The notes below the pieces were generated by a model, which worked only from the letters and a program-made list of their open reading frames with translations, was not told the origin of the DNA and did not search any database. A stretch of 64,000 nucleotides of DNA from the NCBI GenBank assembly GCA_014859835.1, contig JACZKW010000104.1, positions 51,608-115,607 of the forward strand. Reading direction: 5' to 3'. Source of the stretch: Thermoplasmata archaeon. GTDB taxonomy: Archaea; Thermoplasmatota; Thermoplasmata; UBA10834. Made by a program: the position numbers and the translations under genes. This document shows, piece after piece, positions 21,870-31,898 of this stretch (position 1 is its first letter; each line of letters opens with the position of its first letter).

Positions 21870-22469
21870 TTACTTTCGCTTCCCCTTCCTCTTTATCCTT
21901 GGGATCGCCAGTATCTCCCGTATTTCGAAGTCGAAGAAGGAGTTTGCATGCGCGGGCCTGACGACGCATGCGGTATCTGCCCCGGTGCCAGTGCCCCCGA
22001 TGGCCATGACCTCGAGGTCTCCGCATGGAATAGCACCAGTATCAGCGGCCATCACGGTGATCTCGACGCATACTTTTAGACCTTGGCCGAAGAGGGCTCG
22101 CAACGATTCCGAAATCACCTCCACTCGAGATGCGCCACCTAGCTTTCTCGTGATGGAACGTTCGATGCCAGATAACACGTGTGACGCTCTCACGATCCGA
22201 ACGCCTTTGGACCTGAGTGAATCCTCGACATCCTGTCCCATCTCGCATTCTCCCTCTGTCTTGAATCCGCAATGATGGGTGACGGCGACGACATTGATGG
22301 GTCTGTCTCCAACTCTGGAAAGCAACCTCTCGACAGTATACCCGGAATTGCTGGCAACGACAATGTGTGTGATGCCATCGAGCTCCAACCGTCTGGTCAC
22401 GGCGTCCATGACCTGATCGGTATTCCTCTTGCCAGGCGAATCGAAATATCGAATGATCGAATCAATCAT
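21870..22469 (-). CDS. pyruvate-kinase C-terminal-like domain protein (COG1751-like)
   Basis: YFDSPGKRNT, VVASNSG, VTHHCGF, FGQGLKVCVEITVMAAD. Confidence 0.85.
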   Translation of the reverse strand: MIDSIIRYFDSPGKRNTDQVMDAVTRRLELDGITHIVVASNSGYTVERLLSRVGDRPINVVAVTHHCGFKTEGECEMGQDVEDSLRSKGVRIVRASHVLSGIERSITRKLGGASRVEVISESLRALFGQGLKVCVEITVMAADTGAIPCGDLEVMAIGGTGTGADTACVVRPAHANSFFDFEIREILAIPRIKRKGKRK

Positions 22470-22565
22470 GTAAGTGAAAGGGGATCCGATCAGATATGAA
22501 CATTGCGCAAGCCAGTCGGTATTTGAGATAACGCTTATCTACGGAGGATCGATTAAGGGAGTTAC

Positions 22566-23573
22566 GTGGCCATATTCTTCAACGAGGAATTCTACGGGCA
22601 TGTACAGGACCCATTCCATCCTGAATCACCAGAGAGACTACGTGGGATCGTGCAGAAGTTAAAAGCCCACGATCTGTGGGGGGATGTAAGGGCGTCGAAG
22701 ATGGGACAGAGGGCCCACCTTGAACTCGTCCATGATGGAGACTATATCGACTTCATCGAGACCTGCGGCGAATGCAGTCTGACGATGGACACCAGGGTCC
22801 ACCACGAGACCTATGCAATAGCCGCCTTGTCCGCGGAGTGCGCGATCGATGCCGTGCGGTTCTCCAAGGAATCTGGAAAACCAGCCCTGGCGATGACGAG
22901 GCCACCTGGCCACCATTCAGGACCTAACTATGGGATGGGATTCTGCTATTTCAACAACATATCGATAGCTGCAAAGTATCTTCTTAAGAATGGAGATAGA
23001 AAGATCGCCATCGTCGATTTGGATGTCCATCACGGAAACGGGACTGAGCAGATATTCGCTAGCGACCCTCAGGTCCTTTACATATCCACGCATCAGACGG
23101 GCATCTTCCCAGGAACTGGGAATGTGGATTTCGTCGGCAAAGGGGAAGGAAAGGGGTTCAACTTCAACATGCCATTCCCGTCTGGATGTGGAGACTCCAC
23201 ATACGATGTGGCTTACAACGATTTCTTGAAGCCGGTACTGGAACAGTTCGACCCAGATGCGATACTAGTGAGCCTGGGAGTGGATAACCACTACAGAGAC
23301 CCTCTCGCATCCCTCAGCCTGTCTTCGGATGGGCATGTTCGACAGGTCAAGAGCCTTTTGAAGCTGGCCAAAAGCTGCAGAAACAGGGTCACGTTCATGC
23401 TCGAGGGGGGGTATGATGTGCCTTCACTGGCGGAAGTGGTTGCAGGAGCCTATGGCGCAATGCAAGGAGTCGAGGTGCCACTGGACTTCATGGACATGAT
23501 AGACAATAGTTGCCTCGGACGCAACGTGATTGAACGATGCAAACGCAACGCGTCCGAGTATTGGGACCTATGA
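22566..23573 (+). CDS. histone deacetylase-family (Zn) amidohydrolase
   Basis: HPESPER, RPPGHH, GFCYFNN, DLDVHHGNGT, LEGGY. Confidence 0.95.
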   Translation: MAIFFNEEFYGHVQDPFHPESPERLRGIVQKLKAHDLWGDVRASKMGQRAHLELVHDGDYIDFIETCGECSLTMDTRVHHETYAIAALSAECAIDAVRFSKESGKPALAMTRPPGHHSGPNYGMGFCYFNNISIAAKYLLKNGDRKIAIVDLDVHHGNGTEQIFASDPQVLYISTHQTGIFPGTGNVDFVGKGEGKGFNFNMPFPSGCGDSTYDVAYNDFLKPVLEQFDPDAILVSLGVDNHYRDPLASLSLSSDGHVRQVKSLLKLAKSCRNRVTFMLEGGYDVPSLAEVVAGAYGAMQGVEVPLDFMDMIDNSCLGRNVIERCKRNASEYWDL

Positions 23574-24731
23574 CTTCGATTTCCGTTTCTTGACCAGGTC
23601 GAGCCGCTTCTCGTGATCCCTCTTGACATTCTTCTCGAGTGTGTTGAGCAGTTCGTCCGCGGCCTTGTATAAATCCCAATCAACAATCTTGCCGTAGTAC
23701 ATGTTCTTCGCAGTGGTGAGTCTTGCACCCAGGCCGTACTTGCTCTTCAAGCCTTCCGAATTGTGTACGCTCGCATGGAGGGTGAACACCCGAGGTGATT
23801 CGAACCTATCAATCCGCTTCATGGCTTTACCAATGAGTTCGTAAAGAACGTCGTACACCTCGGGATCATCGAAGTCGAGGCCAGTTATCTGGACATAGAC
23901 GCCCTCTCTCGGCTTGAGACTGATGACTTGCTCCATCAGGTCGAACTGGGACACGACCCCGATGAGCTTGTTCTCATCAGTAACGAACAGAGTGGACAGG
24001 TTCTTCTTGAGCATGATTGAGACCGCCTTCTCGACGGTATCTGTCGGGGAGATGTAGACAGGGGATCGATTCATGACGCTCCCCACTCGAATGTCAGCAG
24101 CCTCTCGGTCCGAGCCCTTGATCTCATTCGGAGGCTTCGAAGCCTTCGGCGACCACATCACGTCCATGATCTCGGTCATGCCTATGGCACCGATCAAAAG
24201 ACCGATATCATCGACGACTGGCAACCCCTTCTCATCCAAGCCCTTCATGATGACCTGGGCCTTTCGGATGGTCTCCTTCTCTGTGACTGACTGAGGAGTC
24301 TTGCTCATGAAATCCAGGACCTGACGGCCTTTCAATTCATCGACCTGCGGCAGGATCCTGATGATATCTGTCCTTGACAGGAAGCCGACCATTTTGTGGT
24401 TCCTGACCACAGGGGCCCCGCGGACACCGGCCAACATCAGTTCCTCGGCCGCATGTAGTACGCTCATGTCTTCTTCCAGATTCGGACAGGGGATCATGAT
24501 ATGCTCGACTTTTGCCGTCAGCGGAACGTTCCTCCGAGCCAATAGAGCCTTATAGCTAATCAGGCCCAGCGGCTTGCCGCCCTCTACAATAGGTATCTCC
24601 CTGACCTTGTTCTTCCTCATCTTCGATATCATCTGGGAAACGGTCTCTCCCTTGTCTGCGGTCAAGGGAGACTGGGTCATTATGTCCTTCACGAGCAGCT
24701 TGTCTATCGCAATAGCCTTCAAATCAAACAC
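23568..24731 (-). CDS. four-CBS-domain protein with C-terminal HPF/RaiA-like domain (candidate ribosome hibernation factor)
   Basis: Two CBS pairs followed by ...KYGLGARL...WDLYKAADELLNTLEKNVKRDHEK, resembling the HPF terminal helix. Confidence 0.75.
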   Translation of the reverse strand: MFDLKAIAIDKLLVKDIMTQSPLTADKGETVSQMISKMRKNKVREIPIVEGGKPLGLISYKALLARRNVPLTAKVEHIMIPCPNLEEDMSVLHAAEELMLAGVRGAPVVRNHKMVGFLSRTDIIRILPQVDELKGRQVLDFMSKTPQSVTEKETIRKAQVIMKGLDEKGLPVVDDIGLLIGAIGMTEIMDVMWSPKASKPPNEIKGSDREAADIRVGSVMNRSPVYISPTDTVEKAVSIMLKKNLSTLFVTDENKLIGVVSQFDLMEQVISLKPREGVYVQITGLDFDDPEVYDVLYELIGKAMKRIDRFESPRVFTLHASVHNSEGLKSKYGLGARLTTAKNMYYGKIVDWDLYKAADELLNTLEKNVKRDHEKRLDLVKKRKSKS

Positions 24732-25037
24732 TCCATTCTTGAATCATTGTGGCAAAAACAGCTGTTGAACGTATCCACATTTACCAATCGCCACTCCCCA
24801 TCTAAATACTTTCTATCTGCTTCCTCTCGCTGATAGTAACGCCAAGGATTTATATGGAACGTTCATTGTGGTACACCAGATGATTTCCGCAGTCTGTTCC
24901 GGGTCTGCCGGAGCATGGGGGCTTCGGTGTTGAAGAGCGGTTCAGGAGGTTCGGCGCACAAGCGTGGGCCGATTCACGCGAGCGACGGGCGTCACAAGGG
25001 AAAGGTCTCCGACAGGACATGTGAGGGGGCGAGTCGG

Positions 25038-26261
25038 ATGGGATTCCATACTCTGGACGACTTTGATCTGCATGGCAAGAAGGTGCTTCTCAGGGTCGAC
25101 ATCAATTCACCTGTGAACGAAAAGACCCTGATGCTTGAGGACGGGTCGAAGATATTGTCTTCCGTCCCCACCATCAGAGAGCTGCTCGATCGTGGAGCCA
25201 TGGTGGTTGTCCTGGCCCATCAGGGAAGGCCTGGCGATTATGATTTCATACCATTGAACGAGCACGCGAACTTCCTTACCAGGTATCTCGGAAGGAAGGT
25301 GAAATATGTCGATGATTTATTTGGCGGATACGCTCAGAAGGTCATAGACGGCATGACCGAAGGCGAGTGCGTCCTTATGAAGAATGTCAGATTCTTCTCG
25401 GAAGAGCAACTCAGTCGAACCCCTGACGAGCATGCCCAATCTGAGCTCGTGAAGGAGCTCTCACCAAGGTTCGACTTATTCGTCAATGATGCTTTCGCAT
25501 CATCCCATAGGACTCACGCATCGCTGGTCGGATTTGCGAGCGCGATGCCTTCTGCGGCTGGGAGACTCCTCGAAAAGGAAGTATTGACTCTGACAGAGGT
25601 ATTCCAGAATCCTAAGAGACCATCGACATACATATTCGGAGGCAAGAAGCTCTCCGATGCGCTGCAGGCGATCTCCAAGCTTGTCGAGGAGGACAGCGTG
25701 GACCACGTCTTGGTAGCAGGACTTGCAGGTTATGGATTCCTATGGTGTCTCGGGAAGAGAGTAGGCTCGAGAACAGAGAGATTGATAGAGAAGGATGTGG
25801 CAGGATCCGAGGTCGCTGAATCTGCGAGGAGACTCTACGAAAAGCATTCGGAGAAGATCACCCTACCCTCAGATGCCGCAATAGACGTCGAAGGGGCACG
25901 GGCGGAGTTCGAGATCGATGGACTCCCTGTCGATGCCGGGGTCCTTGACATAGGACCCAAGACCATCGCTGCATACTCTGCAATCATACTCAAATCGAAG
26001 ACTATATTCCTATCTGGACCGCCAGGAGTCTTCGAGAGGGAGGCCTTCGCGACTGGGACAAAGGCGATCTACGAAGCGATGGTGGAATCAGGAGCTTTCT
26101 CAGTCATAGGTGGAGGGCATTCCAGCGCGGCGGCCAACAAGCTAGGTCTCATTGGCAGATTCTCGTATTGCAGCACGGGAGGAGGTGCCCTGGAACGATT
26201 CATGCTGGGCAGACCGATGCCCGTCCTGGAGGCACTGAGGCTCTCCGCGAAGAAATTCTAG
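25038..26261 (+). CDS. pgk: phosphoglycerate kinase
   Basis: RVDINSP, AHQGRPG, NVRF, NDAF..SHR, GGGH, STGGGA. Confidence 0.95.
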   Translation: MGFHTLDDFDLHGKKVLLRVDINSPVNEKTLMLEDGSKILSSVPTIRELLDRGAMVVVLAHQGRPGDYDFIPLNEHANFLTRYLGRKVKYVDDLFGGYAQKVIDGMTEGECVLMKNVRFFSEEQLSRTPDEHAQSELVKELSPRFDLFVNDAFASSHRTHASLVGFASAMPSAAGRLLEKEVLTLTEVFQNPKRPSTYIFGGKKLSDALQAISKLVEEDSVDHVLVAGLAGYGFLWCLGKRVGSRTERLIEKDVAGSEVAESARRLYEKHSEKITLPSDAAIDVEGARAEFEIDGLPVDAGVLDIGPKTIAAYSAIILKSKTIFLSGPPGVFEREAFATGTKAIYEAMVESGAFSVIGGGHSSAAANKLGLIGRFSYCSTGGGALERFMLGRPMPVLEALRLSAKKF

Positions 26262-26896
26262 TCGTACGGGAAGCCTTTCTTAGCAGCTCCTCCGAGAATC
26301 GTACCGCCTATAGACCTCGATCGGATGAGCCCTCTGAGCGGCACACCATCAATCTCGTTCAAGCTGCTCTTGTTCACGATGACAAGGACCAGGACTGGAT
26401 CTCCTCCAGCCTCGCGGATATCTGTTATTGCGCCTTTGATCGTTGCGCCAGTACTGAGGACATCGTCTATGACGATGATCTTCTTGCCATCACCTGGAGA
26501 TGCGAAGTTCGAACTGAAAGCTCCGCCGGACTCTGTCTCCGAATGCGGCCGATATACCCCGAAATCGAGACCCATTGTCTCAGAAAGCTTTGTAGCGAAT
26601 GGGATTCCGTTGATGGATATACCCAGGACCACATCGGCTAGTTTGTCCCTCTTCGAGAGTTCCTCAAGGGCGATGTCCGCAAGCAGTTCGGACAGGAGTC
26701 CTATCCTGTATCCTGACACTCCGATGGATCTCCATCCGATCTTCACATCGGATGGCGGCAATCCTTCCGCTCCGTATTCAATCAGATAGTTGACTGTATC
26801 AATCGAAAGGTGCAATTCATCTGCAATCTCCCTCACACTCAGGCCCTTCTTCCTGAGCACTTTGGCGTTGGCGGCTAGCTCCTTCACATCTACCAT
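26258..26896 (-). CDS. HTH + orotate phosphoribosyltransferase-like regulator (GfcR-like)
   Basis: GLSVREIADELHLS, D..IGWRSIG, SSNFA, VIDDVLSTGAT. Confidence 0.85.
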   Translation of the reverse strand: MVDVKELAANAKVLRKKGLSVREIADELHLSIDTVNYLIEYGAEGLPPSDVKIGWRSIGVSGYRIGLLSELLADIALEELSKRDKLADVVLGISINGIPFATKLSETMGLDFGVYRPHSETESGGAFSSNFASPGDGKKIIVIDDVLSTGATIKGAITDIREAGGDPVLVLVIVNKSSLNEIDGVPLRGLIRSRSIGGTILGGAAKKGFPYD

Positions 26897-26923
26897 CTTA
26901 CCACGGTGCGCAAGAGTAGCTTG

Positions 26924-27838
26924 TTACGATATTAACCTTTCTCCACGGACGACAGCCAGCGATTCAACCATAGCCAATAATGTGCGATTAAGGGGTGCAG
27001 GCACGGCAAGGGATGAGGCGTACTTGCACATGATGCCAGTTATCTGAGATATCTCGGTTCTTCTGCCCATCTCGACATCCCTTAGCATACTCGACCTGTT
27101 TGAGGAGGTCCCCATTACCACTCGATGTACTCGCTCAGTCAGGGATCCATGTGGGAGGGGTATCCCGGCCGCATTGGAGATGGCGACGCATTCCGAGCAT
27201 ACTTCATCCATCAAGCGCGATATAACATCGCTATCCAACAGAGCGCCGTTCGAGATGCGCAATACCGCAGTCAGAGGGTTTATCGAAGCGCTCACGATCG
27301 CCTTGGACCATATCTCCTCGATCACATTCTCGTTGGTCGTCGTCGGGATCCCTGATTGGGATAATGCATCGGCGATCTTACGCGCGCCATCTGGGTCGAT
27401 ATCAGACCCAATCACCGTCCGGCCTAACCCAGAGAGTCGAACAGTGCCAGGTGATTCGAGCATCGCCCCCATGGTCGTCGATCCGCCAAAGGCCTTCGCG
27501 CCTTTCCAGGACCTCAATGCTTCGAGATTCCCCATGCCATTCTGGAGAGTGAGCACCATGGTGTCCTCTCCGATCACAGACCGACAGATAGCGATGGCAG
27601 ATTCTGTATCGTATGCCTTGACTGCCATTATCAGCAAGTCTGGCTGAGAAATATCGCCAAGTGCCGTCCTCGCATCTAGGTGGACGGATATATCTCGACC
27701 ACCCATGATTCTCAATCCGCTGTTAGTGATCGCAGCGATGTGAGGATCCCTACCTACCAGGGTAAGCTCATGCTTCGAGGATAACAAACCCCCAATCGCA
27801 CTGCCCAGGGAGCCCGCACCAAATACACAGATACGCAT
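26924..27838 (-). CDS. panE: 2-dehydropantoate 2-reductase
   Basis: GAGSLG, VKAYD, LQNGMG, WSKAIV..INPLTA, SSMLRD...TE. Confidence 0.92.
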   Translation of the reverse strand: MRICVFGAGSLGSAIGGLLSSKHELTLVGRDPHIAAITNSGLRIMGGRDISVHLDARTALGDISQPDLLIMAVKAYDTESAIAICRSVIGEDTMVLTLQNGMGNLEALRSWKGAKAFGGSTTMGAMLESPGTVRLSGLGRTVIGSDIDPDGARKIADALSQSGIPTTTNENVIEEIWSKAIVSASINPLTAVLRISNGALLDSDVISRLMDEVCSECVAISNAAGIPLPHGSLTERVHRVVMGTSSNRSSMLRDVEMGRRTEISQITGIMCKYASSLAVPAPLNRTLLAMVESLAVVRGERLIS

Positions 27839-27862
27839 CGATTGACACCCACTGTGACCCGT

Positions 27863-28252
27863 CTATTTGTGAGTTTTTGCCCGACGCGCATTGCCCGCGG
27901 CTGTATGAGCTAGCCTCGTGGGCTCAGATACACGATGTACCGTCATTTTCTTGACAACGGCCAGTGCCTGTTTCTGAGATATGCCATCACCTGCAGATAC
28001 GTATATCGGTCTTCCCGACCCGCTCGTGGAATGTTCATAGTCGAAGACCTCGTCATTCGGCCTGACTCCTCGGGGGTTCTTGAATGCCCTCCCGCAGGAG
28101 GTTCCACCGAGCAGCTTCTTGGCAACACCTATTGTCGGGATCCCCCATTCCAAGCCTGCATGACAGGCAATGCCAAATCTCTCAGGGTGGAGTGCACCAT
28201 TCCCGTCATAGATGAGAACTGTCCGTTCATTCAATGATTCAGATAGCGGCAT
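27863..28252 (-). pseudogene. nfi: endonuclease V remnant (N-terminal half missing)
   Basis: DGNGALHPERFGIACHAG...PTIGVAK, PIYVSAG and EPTRLAH present; N-terminal catalytic Asp and Y-x-P-G/RE region not found upstream. Confidence 0.7.
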
Positions 28253-28338
28253 GATCAGATCATGATCGTCGAATCAGACAATCAGACTTGCGGACGCAAT
28301 CTCGAATGACTTAAGTATGGAAATAATAATGCTCTCGC

Positions 28339-29232
28339 GTGGACGATACAACATTCATAACTATCATCCAAATAATCGCCGCAGGTTCTGTCCTTGGGTA
28401 CGCATCATATCTCGATTTTAAGACAAGAAGAGTCAGCAACCGATTCTGGATAGTCCTGTCGGTAATCGCTATCGCCATACTCTCGTTGAGGATGGTCATC
28501 GAAGAAGTGCGGCTTGAATATCTCCTGATATTGGTACCCATTCTTGCCATTCTCGCCGATGTCTACGTCGATTTCCGAGATGACAGCCCATTGGCAGGAT
28601 TCGCCCCATTGCTCGAATATGGCTGCGCAATCGCATCCACGATCATCCTTGCATACATGTGGAGAGATGACGAATATTTCCTCCATCTGATGACAATCCC
28701 TGTGATGATGTTCGCGATAATAGTGATGTACGCCTTCGACATCATCCGCGGAGGAGCGGATGCGAAGGCCTTGATCGCGCTCTCGATCATGTTCCCATTC
28801 TACCCACAGATCGACGTCTTCCCGATAATTGCATTGGGAGATTGGTATACTGAGGTCTTCTTCCCGTTCTCGTTCATCGTCCTTGTAAATGCAGCGATTC
28901 TGGTCGCGTTCCTGCCAATCCTATTCGTTGTGAAGAATATCGCATCTAGAGAATTCGAAATACCATATGCGTTCCTCGGATACAAGATGGATGCAGATGA
29001 AATCCGCGGAAAACATGTCTGGCTCATGGAACATATCGTCGACGGAAACCATGTACGACATACAAAACCACGGAGAAAGGAAGAACTTGAATCAGAGGTT
29101 GAGCAACTGGTCGCCGCCGGTCATGAACGTCTCTGGATCACTCCAAAAGTGCCGTTCATCATCCCGATATTCGCAAGCTTGGTGTTCACGACAATCGTGG
29201 GCAACATACTTCTACCCATCATGAACCTCTGA
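28339..29232 (+). CDS. A24-family prepilin/preflagellin peptidase (FlaK/PibD-like)
   Basis: SYLD first Asp, GGADAK second Asp, WITPKVPFIIP C-terminus; multiple TM helices. Confidence 0.88.
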   Translation: MDDTTFITIIQIIAAGSVLGYASYLDFKTRRVSNRFWIVLSVIAIAILSLRMVIEEVRLEYLLILVPILAILADVYVDFRDDSPLAGFAPLLEYGCAIASTIILAYMWRDDEYFLHLMTIPVMMFAIIVMYAFDIIRGGADAKALIALSIMFPFYPQIDVFPIIALGDWYTEVFFPFSFIVLVNAAILVAFLPILFVVKNIASREFEIPYAFLGYKMDADEIRGKHVWLMEHIVDGNHVRHTKPRRKEELESEVEQLVAAGHERLWITPKVPFIIPIFASLVFTTIVGNILLPIMNL

Positions 29233-29779
29233 AGGGCAAATTCCGGAGAATGGACAACCTAGACATAACGGGGTTGCAGGACAATGTGTTTTGCACTGAG
29301 TCACGATCAGTGCGTGTGCTAGGGAGAGTCTTCGAACATCCCTGCCAATCGCATCCTCGACCTCAGTCTTGACCTTGTCATAGGACCGACCAAGACCCAA
29401 CCCTAGCCGATCAAAGAGGCGGAATGCATGGGAATCCACCACGAAGCTGGGCGGTTCGTATACCCTTCATGATCTCGAGATCCCCGTCATATCGATAGAT
29501 CAGGTATGCGGAAAATGTCTTCAGATATCTGGATTTCTGCCTATAGAATCCTGACGGGCGAATCAGTCCCTGTAAGCGTGATTCATCGAGCCCCATTATT
29601 GCTCGTGGATCGAGAACCTGGGCGCGTTTTAGATTGGCAATGGCAATCTTGACGTTCTTCCAGGATACGCGCTGTGTCAGGATGGCGCCCACGATGACTT
29701 CGAAGACCGAGTCAGAAGGCCATCATTCATCCCGTCCACACTCCATCTCAAGGGCCTCGATCACGTCCCGCACGTCCAT
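29212..29779 (-). pseudogene. HhH-GPD DNA glycosylase pseudogene
   Basis: MDVRDV...DE*WPSDSVFEVIVGAILTQ (TGA in place of the first W of WWP); IRPSGFYRQK; HhH segment deleted with frameshift before VVDSH; C-terminal Cys cluster in another frame. Confidence 0.8.
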
Positions 29780-29794
29780 CCCAGAATGATCCTC

Positions 29795-30823
29795 CTAGAG
29801 TGGGACTATCAGGTTCAGCGATCTGCCGCACTTGCTACAGACACCGTCCTTGGACATATTCATCGACACGAAGAAGCCATCACGCTCGATCATCAGAGAG
29901 CCGCAGTCCGGACAGTACGTGTTCTCCTTGTCGGCAGCATGGACATTCCCCAGGTATACATATTCAAGACCCGAGGCTTTCGCGACTCGGTACGCTCTCT
30001 CCAATGTGGATGTCGGCGTGCGTGGCACGTCCATGAGTCTGTAATCAGGATGGAATGCTGAGAAGTGAACAGGGACCTCTGGGCTCAGCTTGTCGTTCAC
30101 CCACCGGGAAAACTCCCTGAGTTCCTCTTCTGTGTCGTTGTGCTTTGGGATTACGAGATATGTCAACTCTATGTGAATATTCATCTCATGGGCTATCTCG
30201 CATGTTCTGAGAACCGGCTCGAGGCGAGCCCCGCAGACATTCCTGTAAAATGCATCTTTAAAAGCCTTCACATCGATGTTCATGGCATCTATAAGGCCAC
30301 GGAGTTCCCTGAGTGGGGTCTCCTGTATGAAACCGTTCGTCACATAGTTGGTCTTAAGGCCATGCGCGTGCGCGGCCTTGGAGGCAACCGTTGTGAATTC
30401 GTGCCAGATTATAGGTTCGTTGTAGGTCCAGGATACGGAAGACGCGCCGGTATTCTTAGCATAGCGGACCACATCATCCGGCGTGATGGTCACTAGCTCT
30501 GAATCAGATGGATCCGCTCGTGAGATGCTATGATTCTGACAATGACTACATGAGAGGTTGCAGCCAACACTCCCGAACGAGATCGCAGTCGACCCCGGAA
30601 GAAAATGGAATAGCGGTTTCTTCTCGATCGGGTCAGGATGGATCGAGGATGCTCTTCCGAATATCAGCGAATAGAGCTTAGATGAACGATGTTCCCGCAC
30701 TCCGCATATTCCGCGCTTTCCGTCGGAGATCAAGCATGCATGAGGGCACAGGTTGCATCTGACCTTGTCTCCCTCGATCGAATAATGAAGTGCCTCATGC
30801 CTTGCGAATTCGGAAGTGCTCAT
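29795..30823 (-). CDS. amrS: AmmeMemoRadiSam-system radical SAM enzyme
   Basis: CNLCPHAC..G.CGVR, DPIEKKPLFHF, CNLSCSHCQN, TYNEP, YVYLGNV, TYCPDCG. Confidence 0.92.
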   Translation of the reverse strand: MSTSEFARHEALHYSIEGDKVRCNLCPHACLISDGKRGICGVREHRSSKLYSLIFGRASSIHPDPIEKKPLFHFLPGSTAISFGSVGCNLSCSHCQNHSISRADPSDSELVTITPDDVVRYAKNTGASSVSWTYNEPIIWHEFTTVASKAAHAHGLKTNYVTNGFIQETPLRELRGLIDAMNIDVKAFKDAFYRNVCGARLEPVLRTCEIAHEMNIHIELTYLVIPKHNDTEEELREFSRWVNDKLSPEVPVHFSAFHPDYRLMDVPRTPTSTLERAYRVAKASGLEYVYLGNVHAADKENTYCPDCGSLMIERDGFFVSMNMSKDGVCSKCGRSLNLIVPL

Positions 30824-31772
30824 ATCCGAGATTCTCCAGTTTCTCCCTTCGTCCATTGTCAATAAGGATGTTCTCCTCACCACTCGTCACTTTGCCTATC
30901 ACCGTCAAGGGGCAACCGACCTGTTCTGACAGAGCTGCGAGGTCGGCCTCGCGCTCCCTCTTCATAGTGAACAGAAGCTCGAAATCGTCACCGAAATTGA
31001 GTACCAGGTCCTTCTGGCGCTCAGCGTCCTGGAATGCCAAGCAGACCTCCGAAGCCTTCGGAATCAGGGCATAGTCGATCTCGTGGGTCAATCCTGAATT
31101 CCTGGATAGCTCGAATATGGATGCAGAAAGACCATCTGAGATATCCATGCAGGAAGTGACACAACCCGAGGCCCCTAGCGCCATGCCTTCCTTTATCCTT
31201 GGCCATGGTCTTTTGAGTTGATTCTCAGCCTCCTTTAGGTTGAGACCACGCTTTAAAGAAAAGAATCCGGAGCCTGCCCTGCCCAGGCAACCAGTGACTA
31301 CAATCAAATCCCCCGGCCTCGCACCCTTTCTGAGCAGGATCTTATCCTTGTCGACCTCGCCAACCGCGGTTCCACAGAGAATCAGGTCTTCGTGCTCCTT
31401 GGTGTCCCCACCCACAATCGAAGTGCCGAACCTGAGGGCACAGTCATTCATTCCATCGACCATCTGCTCCAGGAAGTCGATCGGATGCCCCTTGGTTATG
31501 CCTATTGCAGTCACTACACCCAGAGGTCTGCCACCCATTGCGGCGATGTCGCTCAGGTTCACTGCCACCAGCGACCAGCCGATGTCATATGGACCCATGC
31601 CCTTCGGGATATGGGTCTTGGTGACCATCATGTCCGTGGTTACCAGCAGATACTTGTCGCCAATGTCCATAGCTGCGCAGTCATCCCCGATGCCTACGGG
31701 GACATCGCTCTTGACGATCCTGTCGATAACCCTTATGGCCTCGCGCTCACCCAGGGTTCCGAGAGTCTTCAT
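30795..31772 (-). CDS. thiL: thiamine-monophosphate kinase
   Basis: GIGDDCA, NLSDIAAMG, GGDT, DISDGL, GDDFEL, GYEHF. Confidence 0.94.
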   Translation of the reverse strand: MKTLGTLGEREAIRVIDRIVKSDVPVGIGDDCAAMDIGDKYLLVTTDMMVTKTHIPKGMGPYDIGWSLVAVNLSDIAAMGGRPLGVVTAIGITKGHPIDFLEQMVDGMNDCALRFGTSIVGGDTKEHEDLILCGTAVGEVDKDKILLRKGARPGDLIVVTGCLGRAGSGFFSLKRGLNLKEAENQLKRPWPRIKEGMALGASGCVTSCMDISDGLSASIFELSRNSGLTHEIDYALIPKASEVCLAFQDAERQKDLVLNFGDDFELLFTMKREREADLAALSEQVGCPLTVIGKVTSGEENILIDNGRREKLENLGYEHFRIRKA

Positions 31773-31898
31773 GGATGATACAAGATTCATACGACGTAAT
31801 TAAGCCTTTTTAAGACCGGACTAAAAGAGACCCGACGCTTACCGTGACAAACCTTAACGTACTAATACAGGAAGCTCTATTGCTCGCCGGTATTCCGC

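Noticed and set aside
29723-29725. In-frame TGA as selenocysteine or Trp recoding
   Set aside because: It replaces a Trp, the same gene has a frameshifting deletion, and TGA is a normal stop throughout the window
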